Assembly (NCBI GenBank): GCA_020634615.1
Contig: JACKBI010000015.1
Location: forward strand, 100,230 to 164,229
Length of the DNA stretch: 64,000 nt
Source: Anaerolineales bacterium
GTDB taxonomy: Bacteria; Chloroflexota; Anaerolineae; JAAEKA01
Reading direction: 5' to 3'
Positions 28,365 through 38,640 of the stretch are shown here, piece by piece. The stretch's first letter is position 1. Every line of letters begins with the position of its first letter. The notes beneath the pieces were generated by a model. That model ran no database searches, was not told where the DNA came from, and worked only from the letters and a program-made list of their open reading frames with translations. The position numbers and the translations under genes were made by a program.

Positions 28365-29537
28365 GTGACTCCACCCGCCGGACCACTGAGCGTTGCGTTG
28401 CTCGCGGCAAACCCGTCGACGCCAACCCGTACATCGCATTGTTGCGCGCCGGGCTGGCCGACGCCGGCGTCGCGGCGACCATCGTTGATGACCCTGGACC
28501 AGACGGCCTGCCAGAGCCGGCCCGCCGCGCCGACATCGTGCATCTGCACTGGCTGGAACTGTGGGGCAGACCGCCCTATCGCAGCCTGCAACATCTGGCG
28601 CGCTGGGGTGTAGCAGGGCGGGCGGCGCGCGACGCTGGCTGGAGCCGGCCCTCAACAGCCCGTCCGTTCCGCTGCCCGCCGCGCACAGTTTCTTGACCGG
28701 TTCTTCGCCGCGTTGGCTGACTACAAAGCTGGCGGCGGGCGGCTGGTCTACACGCTGCACAACTGGGGCCAGCACGAAGGCGAGGGCGAGCAGGTGGAAG
28801 CGGCAGCGTTGGATCGATTGCTGCAACAGGCCGATGCCGTTCACGTCCACGCAGACTACATCGTCCCGCAGTTGCAGGCCAGGCTGCCCGCGGGTGCGTC
28901 GACCGTTGTGACGGTCATTCCCCACGGCAACTACATCGGCGCGTACCCGAACACCGCGGATCGCAGCGAAGCCCGCCAGCGCCTCGCCCTGCCAGACGAC
29001 GCATCTGTCTACCTGTTCTTCGGCCTGATCCGACCGTACAAAGGATTGGAAGAGCTGCTGCCGGCCTTTGTTCAGGTCGCCGACCCACAGGCGCGGCTGT
29101 TGATCGCCGGGCAGTCGCGGCCGCGCGACTATGCTGGTCAACTTGCCGGGAATACCAACGATGCCCGCATCCACTGGCATCCACAGTTCGTGCTGGATGA
29201 CGACATTCAGCTGTGGATGAACGCCGCGGACATCGTCGTCCTGCCGTACCGCCGTATCACCACCAGCGGCGCGGCCATGCTCGCCTGGAGCTTCGGCAAG
29301 CCGGTGATCGCCCCGGCGTTGCCTGCCTTTGTTGAGCCGATGGATAGAGCGCCTTTCCTCGGCGTCCTTTACGATCCCGGTGACCCAACAGCACTCGTAG
29401 CAGCGTTGCAGAAAGCGCAAGGCGGCGACTGGCAAATTTTCCAGCCCGATATCCTGACGTGGGCCGCGCAGTTCAACTGGCAGCGCATCGGACAGCGCTT
29501 CGCCAAACTTTACGGAGAGGTGATCAGTGACCAGTAA
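28365..29537 (+). pseudogene. GT4 glycosyltransferase with two frameshifts between about 28610 and 28685
   Basis: GT-like peptide occupies three successive frames: …ADIVHLHWLELWGRPPYRSLQHLARW (frame 2), then RRWLEPALNSP (frame 1), then RRAQFLDRFFAALADYKAGGGRLVYTLHNW… (frame 0), continuing to a GT-B C-terminal domain. Stop codons interrupt each frame. Confidence 0.45.
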
Positions 29538-29630
29538 TCAGTGATCAGTCCCGGATCCACCCAACGCAAGTTAGGCCGGTCAGGAGACTGTTTACCGATT
29601 ACTGATTACCGATCACCGATTACCTCCTCC
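29515..29630. repeat. Heptamer-repeat hairpin element, family C, copy 3
   Basis: gaggtgatcagtgaccagtaatcagtgatcagtcc…accgattactgattaccgatcaccgattacc. It supplies the last codons and the stop of the upstream gene. Confidence 0.7.
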
Positions 29631-29631
29631 C

Positions 29632-30843
29632 ATGAACTTCGTCGTCTTCGCCCCCAACCCCTGGCACGACATCTGGCGCAACCGCCAGCAGATCTTCAGC
29701 CGGCTGGCAGGACGTCACCGCGTCCTGTACATAGAGCCGGCGCGCGCCAGCCTGGCAGACTGGCGCCGCAGTCGCGTTACTCTGGCCGATCTGCGCCGTC
29801 CCGCCGTGGCCAAAGAACAGCCCAATCTGTGGCTATACCGCATCCCTGCTGCCCTGCCCAGCCGCGACACCGGCGACCTCTTCGACCGCACGACTGACCG
29901 CTTGCTGGCCGCCCACCTGCGCCGCACCCTCCGCCAACTCGATTTCCTTCCCAGCCCCCAGTCCCCAGTCCCCACGCCCTACGCCCCAGTTCTTTGGCTC
30001 TACCGTCCTACCCACTGGCGCTGGGCCACGGATAACATCCCGCACAGCCTGCTCGTCTACCACATCACCGACGACTACACCGCCTTCGGCCACCTCACAG
30101 CCGCCCAGCGCGACGCGATGGCAACCGCCGAGCGCAACCTGCTGGCCGCCGCCGACCTGACCATCGTCACCGCTCCGCGCCTGCTGGAGCTGAAACGCCC
30201 TTCCGCCCGCCGCATCGAACTCGTCCCCAACGGCGTCGATTTCGACGCCTTCCAACGCGCCCTCGCCAACCCGCGCAAACTCCCACAACTCGAGGCTCTC
30301 CAGCCCCCACACCCCATCCTGGGCTACAGCGGCCACATCAGCAGCCGTCTCGACCTGCCGCTACTGCGTGACCTGGCGCTGGCGCGACCGGAATGGCAGT
30401 TCGTCTTCGCCGGCAGCGAGGACGCGCGCGGTTGCGAGGCGGATCTGGCCGCCCTCAAATCGCTCCCCAACGCCCATTTTCTGGGCGTACTGCCCGTGGA
30501 AGACGTGCCGCACTTCATCGTCGCCTGCGACGTCTGCCTGATCCCCTACCGCATCAACGACGAGACGCGTGCCATCAGTTCGCTGAAGCTGTACGAGTAT
30601 CTCGCCGCAGGCAAACCCGTGGTCAGCGCGCGTGTGCCGGCGGCCGTGGAGTACGCCGATGTCGTCGAAATTGCAGATGGAACCGTGGACTCCTGGCTGC
30701 TCAGTCTGGCCAGCGCCCTTGGATCACAACAAGACGGTGAAGCAGCGACAGCCCGTCAAACCGTGGCTCTGGCAAACACGTGGGACGCTAGAGTGCAGCA
30801 GATCGAAACACTGATGGCGGATGCTCAACGAAACACAGCCTGA
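29632..30843 (+). CDS. Glycosyltransferase (group 1, TuaH-like), paralog A
   Basis: GT-B C-terminal motif …CDVCLIPYRINDETRAISSLKLYEYLAAGKPVV. Confidence 0.75.
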   Translation: MNFVVFAPNPWHDIWRNRQQIFSRLAGRHRVLYIEPARASLADWRRSRVTLADLRRPAVAKEQPNLWLYRIPAALPSRDTGDLFDRTTDRLLAAHLRRTLRQLDFLPSPQSPVPTPYAPVLWLYRPTHWRWATDNIPHSLLVYHITDDYTAFGHLTAAQRDAMATAERNLLAAADLTIVTAPRLLELKRPSARRIELVPNGVDFDAFQRALANPRKLPQLEALQPPHPILGYSGHISSRLDLPLLRDLALARPEWQFVFAGSEDARGCEADLAALKSLPNAHFLGVLPVEDVPHFIVACDVCLIPYRINDETRAISSLKLYEYLAAGKPVVSARVPAAVEYADVVEIADGTVDSWLLSLASALGSQQDGEAATARQTVALANTWDARVQQIETLMADAQRNTA

Positions 30844-31403
30844 CACAGCCGCGACTCATCGTCCACATTTGCCCTGCAGAGTCACAAGAGGTGAAACACC
30901 TGCATCACGACGTGGATGCTACTTCGAGAATTTTAAGTTGACGAATGACACGGGACGTAGTATAATTCCCAATAGAACATCCGTTCCGCAATGGTGTGTT
31001 CTCATCTTTTCTAGTAATATTCCATAACCCGAATGCTCTCAGCAGGACTGTCCGTAGGCAGTCCTTATGGCTCATCTCCATAGTCTCCGCAAAGTCCGCC
31101 GCAATCATCGCTATGAGAATTCCTGAGTCACGCTTCTGTTTCTCATGAAATCCGACGTCTATCTGCGCTCCCAACTTCAGGACATCATCGCTGGCATCGC
31201 AAGCACGGCTAACTGGCTGCCGGCAGTTGCATCGTCGGACGATGCTGATTTGTTCCATGCCGGCTTTCTTGCAGCACTCAACGCTGTGGCGGTGTCGCTC
31301 AGCATTGATGTCCGCGCAAATCAAGTGCCTGCGCCAGTAGTTCTGGTCACAGATGATTCGAAGAGCACGTCGCACACGGGGATCAAATGAGCGGCAGCCG
31401 TTC

Positions 31404-32597
31404 TTACGGCCTCAATGACTGCAGCAGACTGTTCAATTCCGGGGAGAGCATGATCTTGTTGCCCGGGTCCTTGAACATCGTTTCCAGAACCTCGCGCAGC
31501 AAGAAGCGATTGATGTCATCCTCAGACATGCCGTTCTCTTTGGCATGGTTATATGCATCGGCCAAGGTCATCAAGGCATCGTGCGTTGCCGCAGCTCGCT
31601 GTTTATGAATTTCACCGCTTGCCATTGCGACTCGCATTGATGTTCGGGCAGCCTTTATTTCAACAGGTGGCTGAACATTCTCAATCATGACTGATGTGAC
31701 CTTCACATTCCACGCAGTTGCAGCAGCATGCGCCGTGGTCTCTATGGACTTCTGCATGGCAGCGTATTGAGATGGATCGAGCAGTTGGTCAAGGTTCATC
31801 TTGTGGAACTCGACCCGAGCCGCCGCTTCAATAGCTGATTGCGTTTGCCTGGTCCAGTCAGGCGTATGCAGTAGGATATTCTGCAACACGACAGCGTGGG
31901 TATCTTCATCCCAATCCTCCTTGCCCAGCACCACAGCGTCTGGCAGGTCAATTCCATAGCTGGCACACAGGGTCACTGTCACCGGAATGCAGTCACTGCT
32001 CAATACATGGGGGATGTCGAGACGTATCTGTTGTCGTCCTAGAGGGATGGACTTTTTGGGATATTCAAACGGGTCAGTTTTCAGCCGCGAAGGACCTACA
32101 ATGCGCGTCTGCTGTTTTCCGCGTTCCAAAACAAGGGCGTTCATGGGCTTGACGATCAGCTCATGCGGTCCCATCAGCGGCCCCTTCTTGTCTTTGGGCA
32201 CCACTATCTTCGCATCCTCAACGATCATGAAGCCGCGCGTCATGCCCAACGCCAGACGCAGGTGATGCATTAGTGCCTCCCATTCTCCACCAGGATAAAG
32301 GTGGCGCACAATCACCGCCGACAATATGAAGGTTAACGCCGTGGCTGCCAGTGCCGCCAAGAGTGCAATGATCCCGCCTTGAATGTAGCTGACTACATAC
32401 AACACAGCCAACAGCCCAACGATGAACCAGCGCCGCTGTTTTGTGATATGCCACATCTCTGACAGCGCGCCAAGGGCGAAACCGGCAACCGTCAGCTCAT
32501 GCTGCCAGCCATCCAGAAAGACGCCGATGAAGTAGCCGACGAGTCCGCCGGCTGCACCTGCGATTAGGACTCTGATGATGCTACGAAGTCGGGGCAT
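31404..32597 (-). CDS. SPFH (band 7/stomatin-like) domain membrane protein
   Basis: Four N-terminal TM helices followed by an SPFH-like beta/alpha domain. It lies in a low-GC segment (30850-32760). Confidence 0.65.
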   Translation of the reverse strand: MPRLRSIIRVLIAGAAGGLVGYFIGVFLDGWQHELTVAGFALGALSEMWHITKQRRWFIVGLLAVLYVVSYIQGGIIALLAALAATALTFILSAVIVRHLYPGGEWEALMHHLRLALGMTRGFMIVEDAKIVVPKDKKGPLMGPHELIVKPMNALVLERGKQQTRIVGPSRLKTDPFEYPKKSIPLGRQQIRLDIPHVLSSDCIPVTVTLCASYGIDLPDAVVLGKEDWDEDTHAVVLQNILLHTPDWTRQTQSAIEAAARVEFHKMNLDQLLDPSQYAAMQKSIETTAHAAATAWNVKVTSVMIENVQPPVEIKAARTSMRVAMASGEIHKQRAAATHDALMTLADAYNHAKENGMSEDDINRFLLREVLETMFKDPGNKIMLSPELNSLLQSLRP

Positions 32598-32853
32598 TGA
32601 GTGTCCCTCCCAAACAAACGCAAATTTACTTTAGACTTTGATCACCGGCTGATCTGGCCGAGGAACGGCTTTTCAGTCGATTAACGATGCGACAGCATTA
32701 GTATAGCACAAGCTAGAGCAATTACATATGCGCAAAATCATGTTTGATACGGATCATTCAGCCGATTGCAAACCGGTGTGGAGTACATAACATTCGCCAG
32801 GTTGCTGGCGGCAACAGATTGCGGGACTGGGAGAACAATGTTACTATTCCACC

Positions 32854-34080
32854 ATGCCGCCCATCCTCTTCTTCACTCCCGACCCACCCACCGCGCTGTG
32901 GCAGGACAAGCCGCAGATCGCGCGGCGGTTGGCGCGGCGATTCACGGTGGTGATGGCCGGACCGGAGCTGCATCTGCCGTCCCTGCGCAGCCAGCATCGC
33001 GCCGGCCACTGGCATCTGGCCGATCTTCGCACGCCTCCGCTGACCCGCCTGGACGACAACCTCTACCGTTTCACCTGGTCGCCGCTCACCGCGGCCACCG
33101 GCGCGCCTATCCTCGGTAGCTGGACCGCTGCCGCCCGCCAACGACGCTGGCAATCCGCCCTGAACCAACTCGCCGCCACCCAGCCCCTAGTCCCCAATCC
33201 CCAGTCCCCATCCCCCATCCTCTGGCTCTTCCGTCCGGGCATGCTGCACTTCGTGGACGAGTTCAACCCGCAGTTGGTGATCTACCACGTGGTGGACGAG
33301 TACAGCGCATATCCTGGCCTCAGTGACGAGCAGCGAACTTTGCAGCGCAACCTGGACCGGCGGTTGACAGAGCGCGCGGATTTGGTATTCTGCACGGCCC
33401 GCAGTCTGGTCGAGGAGCGGCAGGCCATCAATCCCAACACGCACTACATGCCCAACGCGGTGGATTTCCGCGCCTTTCAACGTGAGCTGGCATCCGCGGA
33501 CGCCACGCCGCTGGACGAGCTGCCCCGGCCTGTGCTGGGTGTCGTCGGCGGAATCAATGCCAAGCTGGACCTGGAACTGCTGGCACCAGTGGCGCGGCAG
33601 CGGCCGGATTGGACGCTCGCGCTGGTGGGGCCGGTGAGCTACGGCGTCAGCGATGCAGACCTGGCCAGCCTGCGCAGCCTGCCAAACGTGCACTTCACGG
33701 GGCCGGTCGCGCACGAGCAGGTGCCGGCGGTGATCGGCGAGTGCGACGTTTGCCTGATCCCGTACCGGTTGAATGAGCAGACGCGGCACGTCAATCCGCT
33801 GAAAGTGTACGAGTACCTGGCAGGCGGCAAGCCAGTAGTGGCGACGCCGCTGCCTGAGTTGGCACAGTTCGGCAACACAGTACGCTTGGCCGGCGACGCG
33901 GCCGGCTTCATCGCTGCAGTCGAGGCGTCACTGCCCGAAACGGCCGATCCGCTGGCGCAGGCGACTCGACGGGCTGTGGCGGCAGCCAACACCTGGGATT
34001 TGCGCGTCGCGCGGATGATCGAGCTGGTGGACAGCGCACTGAGGGCTGCCCCACAGACGCCGCCAAACGATGCATGGTAA
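32854..34080 (+). CDS. Glycosyltransferase (group 1, TuaH-like), paralog B
   Basis: …CDVCLIPYRLNEQTRHVNPLKVYEYLAGGKPVV. Same architecture as the 29632..30843 gene. Confidence 0.75.
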   Translation: MPPILFFTPDPPTALWQDKPQIARRLARRFTVVMAGPELHLPSLRSQHRAGHWHLADLRTPPLTRLDDNLYRFTWSPLTAATGAPILGSWTAAARQRRWQSALNQLAATQPLVPNPQSPSPILWLFRPGMLHFVDEFNPQLVIYHVVDEYSAYPGLSDEQRTLQRNLDRRLTERADLVFCTARSLVEERQAINPNTHYMPNAVDFRAFQRELASADATPLDELPRPVLGVVGGINAKLDLELLAPVARQRPDWTLALVGPVSYGVSDADLASLRSLPNVHFTGPVAHEQVPAVIGECDVCLIPYRLNEQTRHVNPLKVYEYLAGGKPVVATPLPELAQFGNTVRLAGDAAGFIAAVEASLPETADPLAQATRRAVAAANTWDLRVARMIELVDSALRAAPQTPPNDAW

Positions 34081-34133
34081 CGTTTCACCAGAATTATGCA
34101 TCTATTGGCTGACAGAGAGATCAAAGGAGACGA

Positions 34134-34598
34134 GTGAACAAGACAATGAAACGATATCCACAATTCCTGCTAGGCGCGATTCTGGTCGCTGCCATCGCCT
34201 TGAGCGGCTGCGGCGCGAGTGCAAACCCGGCGCAGGCGCCTGCATCTGGCGCAGCATCCGCCCCGGCGGCGCAAGCCGTCGAAGCCCTCAACCTGCCGGT
34301 CGACATCAACGCCGCTCAATTGAACGACATCCGCAACCGCGACGACGTGTATGTGCTGGATGTGCGCGAGGATTTTGAGTATGCCGACGGGCACGTGCCC
34401 GGAGCAAACCTGATCCCGCTGGGCCAGTTGTCCAGCCGGCTAAGCGAGATTCCGACCGACAAGACCGTCGTGGCCGTTTGCCGCAGTGGCAACCGCAGCG
34501 GTCAGGCGACACAACTCCTGCGCCAGGCCGGCTTCGATGCTCACAACATGACGGGCGGGATGAACTCGTGGACCGCTTCGGGGTTCGCGGTCGAGTAG
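34134..34598 (+). CDS. Rhodanese-domain lipoprotein (sulfurtransferase)
   Basis: Lipobox ALSGC; active-site loop CRSGNRS. Confidence 0.85.
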   Translation: MNKTMKRYPQFLLGAILVAAIALSGCGASANPAQAPASGAASAPAAQAVEALNLPVDINAAQLNDIRNRDDVYVLDVREDFEYADGHVPGANLIPLGQLSSRLSEIPTDKTVVAVCRSGNRSGQATQLLRQAGFDAHNMTGGMNSWTASGFAVE

Positions 34599-34616
34599 TT
34601 CGAACCTGTTTCCCAG

Positions 34617-34667
34617 AAAACGAAGGAGGCCAGGCATTCACGTGAATGCCTGGCCTCCTTCGTTTAT
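34617..34667. terminator. Perfect 24-bp-stem palindromic bidirectional terminator
   Basis: aaaacgaaggaggccaggcattcac|gtgaatgcctggcctccttcgtttat. Confidence 0.85.
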
Positions 34668-34733
34668 CACAGTTGGTTCAGTCTGGCGCCTGCCGGGACG
34701 CAGGCAAAGACCAGCCAAAGCTGTTGTCGAAAG

Positions 34734-35171
34734 TTAATCGCTGGCCAGTTTGTCTGCTGCATCGTCGAGGGCATCACTGGCTGCCCCGGCAGCATCAGCC
34801 GCCTGCTGTTGCAGCGCCTCGGCGCTGTCGCTTGCCACGTCCTGAGCGGCATCCGCTGCATCCGAAACCTGTTCCTGCAGCGTCTCCGAAGCAGTGGAGG
34901 CCGCATCGGCGACGACATCGACGGCTTCTCCTGCCTGCTTCTGCACATCGGTTGCCATGCCGGCGGCTTTTTGCTGCACTGAGCTGGCTGGCTGCCAGGC
35001 GTAGTCCATCGACTGCTGGCCGCGCGAGGTCAGGCGACTGGCCTGGCTGGTGATCTCGCCGCGAATCTCGCGGCCGGAACGCGGCGTGCGCAGCAGCGCA
35101 AAAGCGGCGCCGCCGATCGCGCCCAGCACGAATCCCCAAAACATCGCGTTAGATTCCTTCTCGTTCGCCAT
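34734..35171 (-). CDS. YtxH-like stress protein (N-terminal GxxxG TM helix, Ala/Asp/Gln-rich tail)
   Basis: MANEKESNAMFWGFVLGAIGGAAFALL…. Confidence 0.55.
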   Translation of the reverse strand: MANEKESNAMFWGFVLGAIGGAAFALLRTPRSGREIRGEITSQASRLTSRGQQSMDYAWQPASSVQQKAAGMATDVQKQAGEAVDVVADAASTASETLQEQVSDAADAAQDVASDSAEALQQQAADAAGAASDALDDAADKLASD

Positions 35172-35673
35172 TGTTCGTCGTCTCCTGCGTAGTATGAGTC
35201 GCGCCACCTGACGGGGCAGCCGTGCCTGTGGACCAATCGGGCTGGTAGCCGGCTGCCGGATCGGGCGTCTGCTTTTTGGCCTTGATGCCGAGGCTTCCCA
35301 GAATGTAACGCACCGAACCCTTCGCACCAGCGGTCTTGGCAGATACGTCGATCATCGGGCTGGTGACACCTTCGCTGACGAAGCTGGCCGTGCCGCGCAC
35401 AGTGCTTGAAGTCTCCTGAAGGCTTTCCAGGACCGGCTTGAGCTCCTCGAGCAGGAACATCAGCAGCTTGATAATCTGCCACATCATCACCATCAGAATA
35501 GCGTCCAGCGCGATCAGCGTGATGGCCAGGATGATGATAGAGATGTCACGCAGCCGGTTGGTGACAACCGGATGCGTCATCAAATAGAGGAAGATCATCA
35601 CCAGCACCAGGAAGCCGGCGGCTGCGATGATACCGATCCCTATCTTCTGTCTTTGTGTCAATTGCGTTGGCAT
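35149..35673 (-). CDS. DUF948-like membrane protein
   Basis: Two TM helices and a coiled-coil region. Adjacent to and overlapping ytxH, as in the Firmicutes ytxG-ytxH arrangement. Confidence 0.55.
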   Translation of the reverse strand: MPTQLTQRQKIGIGIIAAAGFLVLVMIFLYLMTHPVVTNRLRDISIIILAITLIALDAILMVMMWQIIKLLMFLLEELKPVLESLQETSSTVRGTASFVSEGVTSPMIDVSAKTAGAKGSVRYILGSLGIKAKKQTPDPAAGYQPDWSTGTAAPSGGATHTTQETTNNGEREGI

Positions 35674-35895
35674 TGGAACCTCGTGACGCGATCCAGAAAA
35701 ATTGGCTTGCGCATTGTAACACAGAATTCTCCGGCTGCCAACGAAATCATTGCCTCAGGAAAAAGACACGCTCGAGACCACCGAACGGGCAACGACACTT
35801 TCACGGGATATCTTTCTGTGAACTTATGCGTTTCCTTGCATATTTCCGAAAGATAGACTATCCTGCCGTAAATCCGTTGACGAAAGCAGGACAGC

Positions 35896-36387
35896 GTGAT
35901 AAAATCCTCGTACGACACCACTCTGGACGACCTGGATCGCCAAATACTGAAAGAATTGCAGGAGGATGGCCGGCTGAGCAGCGTCGAACTGGCCCGCCGC
36001 GTTGGACTGTCTACCTCCGCCACCCACGCGCGCATCAAGCGGCTGGAGCAGGACGGCTACGTCGATCGCTACGTGGCGCTGCTGAACTGGGAGCAGGCCG
36101 GCTACGACATGGTCTGCTTCGTGAACGTCAGCCTGCAGATGCACCAGCCCGACAGCGTGACCGCTTTCAAAGCCGCCGTGCAGGCCATGCCCGAGGTGCT
36201 GGAAGCGTTTCATGTCACCGGCGAATTCGACTACCTGCTAAAGGTGGCGATCCGCAACCGCAAGGACCTGGAGCGTTTCGTGCTCCACCGCCTGACACCC
36301 ATCGCCGGCGTGGCGCGCATCTACACCAGCCTGGTGCTGAGCGTAGTCAAGGCGTCCACGGCGCTGCCGCTGGACGGGGATCAGTGA
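35896..36387 (+). CDS. Lrp/AsnC family transcriptional regulator
   Basis: HTH_AsnC with a RAM domain. 163 aa. Confidence 0.9.
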   Translation: MIKSSYDTTLDDLDRQILKELQEDGRLSSVELARRVGLSTSATHARIKRLEQDGYVDRYVALLNWEQAGYDMVCFVNVSLQMHQPDSVTAFKAAVQAMPEVLEAFHVTGEFDYLLKVAIRNRKDLERFVLHRLTPIAGVARIYTSLVLSVVKASTALPLDGDQ

Positions 36388-36480
36388 TCGGTACGCAGTG
36401 TCCCTGACTTGCCAGTTCCGACGATAGGCAAGCAGTAAGCTGTGAACGGATCGCTCACAGCACAGAAAACGAGACAAAAT

Positions 36481-37722
36481 ATGTTCATGGCGGCCACAGC
36501 AACGCAAGCAGCATTGTCGAACGGAGCACGCACGATACCCGCCCAACTCGCGCTGAGCAGCGAAGCTGGCACACTCAAGCGCTCGGTGATGCGCGAGTTG
36601 TTAAAGCTGACAGCGCGCGCTGATGTGATCTCACTGGCAGGCGGGCTGCCGGCCAGCGAGTTGCTGCCATTGGCTCAGTTGCAGGAGTGCATCGAAACCG
36701 TGTTACGGCGCGACGGAACGCGCGCCTTGCAATACAGCCCGATGATCGAACCGCTGCGCCGCTGGATCTGCGACACCATGCGCGCCAGAGGCGTCGCGTG
36801 TGAGCCAGAGCAGGTCCACATCACCAACGGCGCACAGCAGGGTCTGACCATCCTGTCGCGGCTTTTTCTCAATCCCGACCAGCCTGCCGTGGTCGAAGCA
36901 ATCACCTTCACCGGCATTCAGCAGGTAACCGCCGGCCGAGGCGCAGTGATGCGCACGGTCCCCACCGACCTGGCCACCGGCGTTGATGTCGACGCGCTGG
37001 AGGAGGCATTTCACCGCACGCCGCGGCCGCGGCTGGCCGTGGTCATCCCCGACTTCCACAACCCGCTGGGCGTCAGCCTCACTCTCGAGAAGCGGCAGCG
37101 CATCGCTGAACTGGCAGCTCGCTACCGGGTGCCGCTGGTGGAGGACGACCCCTATTCCGCGTTGAGATTCGACGGCCAGTCGTTACCGCCCATCAAGGCG
37201 TTCGACGAGGCCGGCGCCGTGTTTTACATCGGCTCGTTTTCCAAGATGCTGGCGCCGTCGCTACGGCTGGGCTGGATCGTTGCTCCGGCTGAACTGGCCT
37301 CGCAGGTGACGGTGCTGCGCGAGTCCATCGACCTGGAATCTTCGACATTGATCCAGCGCGCAGTCAGCCTGTTTGTTGAACAAGGGCTGATGGCAGGACA
37401 CCTGGCGCGCTTCAACGCTGCCAACCGCTGCCGCCGCGATGTGTTGTTCGACGCGTTGGCACACTATCTCGGTGACCGGGCAAGCTGGACACGGCCGGAA
37501 GGCGGGCTGTTCGTCTGGCTGACGCTACGCGAGGAAATCGACACGTGGGCGTTACTGGAAGATGCGATCGCAGCAGGTGTGGCTTTCGTGCCCGGAGCGG
37601 CGTTTGCGCTGAACGGCGGCTCCCACAACACACTGCGCCTGAATTTCAGCAACGTGCAGCCGGAGTTGATCCCCGTCGCAGTCGAGCGATTGGCGCAGGT
37701 GATCAAGCAGAAGGGGAAATGA
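36481..37722 (+). CDS. PLP-dependent aminotransferase (LysN/2-aminoadipate aminotransferase-like)
   Basis: Collinear with Thermus LysN (…[27 protein letters not shown]…[15 protein letters not shown]…). Confidence 0.8.
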   Translation: MFMAATATQAALSNGARTIPAQLALSSEAGTLKRSVMRELLKLTARADVISLAGGLPASELLPLAQLQECIETVLRRDGTRALQYSPMIEPLRRWICDTMRARGVACEPEQVHITNGAQQGLTILSRLFLNPDQPAVVEAITFTGIQQVTAGRGAVMRTVPTDLATGVDVDALEEAFHRTPRPRLAVVIPDFHNPLGVSLTLEKRQRIAELAARYRVPLVEDDPYSALRFDGQSLPPIKAFDEAGAVFYIGSFSKMLAPSLRLGWIVAPAELASQVTVLRESIDLESSTLIQRAVSLFVEQGLMAGHLARFNAANRCRRDVLFDALAHYLGDRASWTRPEGGLFVWLTLREEIDTWALLEDAIAAGVAFVPGAAFALNGGSHNTLRLNFSNVQPELIPVAVERLAQVIKQKGK

Positions 37723-37803
37723 GGGAAAGAAGGGAAAGGAAGGAAACGCCCTCCCGCCCAAGGTTGTTTCGTCGGGTTTCCCTTCTTTCCTTCCTTTCCC
37801 TCC
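37712..37803. repeat. Family-A element: purine arm, spacer, pyrimidine arm
   Basis: gggaaatgagggaaagaagggaaaggaaggaaac…gtttcccttctttccttcctttccc. Confidence 0.65.
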
Positions 37804-37810
37804 AGCTTGT

Positions 37811-38491
37811 GTGATTACCATGACCCAACCCACGTTCATTCCCCTCGACTTCACCGAATACCCGCCCGACGAGATGCAGCGGCGGGCTGAGGCGTTCTAC
37901 GCTGAGCTCAGCCGGCGACGGACGGTGCGCGAGTTTTCCGACCGGCCTGTGCCGCGCGCATTGATCGAAACGTGCCTCCTGGCGGCCGGCAGCGCCCCCA
38001 ACGGCGCCAACCTGCAACCATGGCATTTCGTCGCCGTGGCCGCCCCGGCCATCAAACGCCAGATCCGCGCGGCGGCTGAGGCCGAGGAGCGGGAGTTCTA
38101 CAGCGGGCGCGCGCCGCAGGAGTGGATCGACGCGCTTGCGCCGCTGGGCACCGATCCCAACAAGCCATTCCTGGAGATCGCTCCCTGGCTGATCGTGATC
38201 TTCGGCCAGTCCTACGGTTTGCTGCCTGATGGCCGCAAGGTGAAACACTACTACGTGCAGGAGTCGGTCGGCATCGCGACGGGGATGCTGATCACCGCGC
38301 TGCACCACGCCGGACTGGCCACGCTGACCCATACACCCAATCCCATGGGTTTCCTCAACGACCTGCTGGGCCGGCCGGCCAATGAACGGCCGTTCCTGAT
38401 CCTGGTGGCCGGTTACCCGGCCGCGGACGCGCGCGTGCCAACTCACGCGCTGAACAAGAAGCCATTGAACGAGATCGCGACGTTTATCTGA
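37811..38491 (+). CDS. Nitroreductase-family flavoprotein (iodotyrosine-deiodinase-like)
   Basis: Nitroreductase fold signatures; 226 aa. Confidence 0.75.
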   Translation: MITMTQPTFIPLDFTEYPPDEMQRRAEAFYAELSRRRTVREFSDRPVPRALIETCLLAAGSAPNGANLQPWHFVAVAAPAIKRQIRAAAEAEEREFYSGRAPQEWIDALAPLGTDPNKPFLEIAPWLIVIFGQSYGLLPDGRKVKHYYVQESVGIATGMLITALHHAGLATLTHTPNPMGFLNDLLGRPANERPFLILVAGYPAADARVPTHALNKKPLNEIATFI

Positions 38492-38510
38492 GAGGCCTTT
38501 CGCAGATCCA

Positions 38511-38596
38511 GACTTCGGAAGTCGCCGGGTCTACCTGTAGAGCCGGTTTGCGCGTTCAGGGCTGTCTTCTTTGCAAGCCGGCGACTTCCGAAGTCT
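38511..38596. repeat. Family-B palindromic element, copy 3
   Basis: gacttcggaagtcgccggg…N46…gccggcgacttccgaagtc. Confidence 0.75.
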
Positions 38597-38640
38597 TTGA
38601 TAACAGCCTCCAGACGAATCTATACAAGAGGAGTACTGCC

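Noticed and set aside
30905-31390. Two overlapping small ORFs (156 aa on the minus strand, 81 aa on the plus strand) in the AT-rich segment
   Set aside because: No motif, ribosome-binding site or conservation is visible. At most one can be real, so neither is called.
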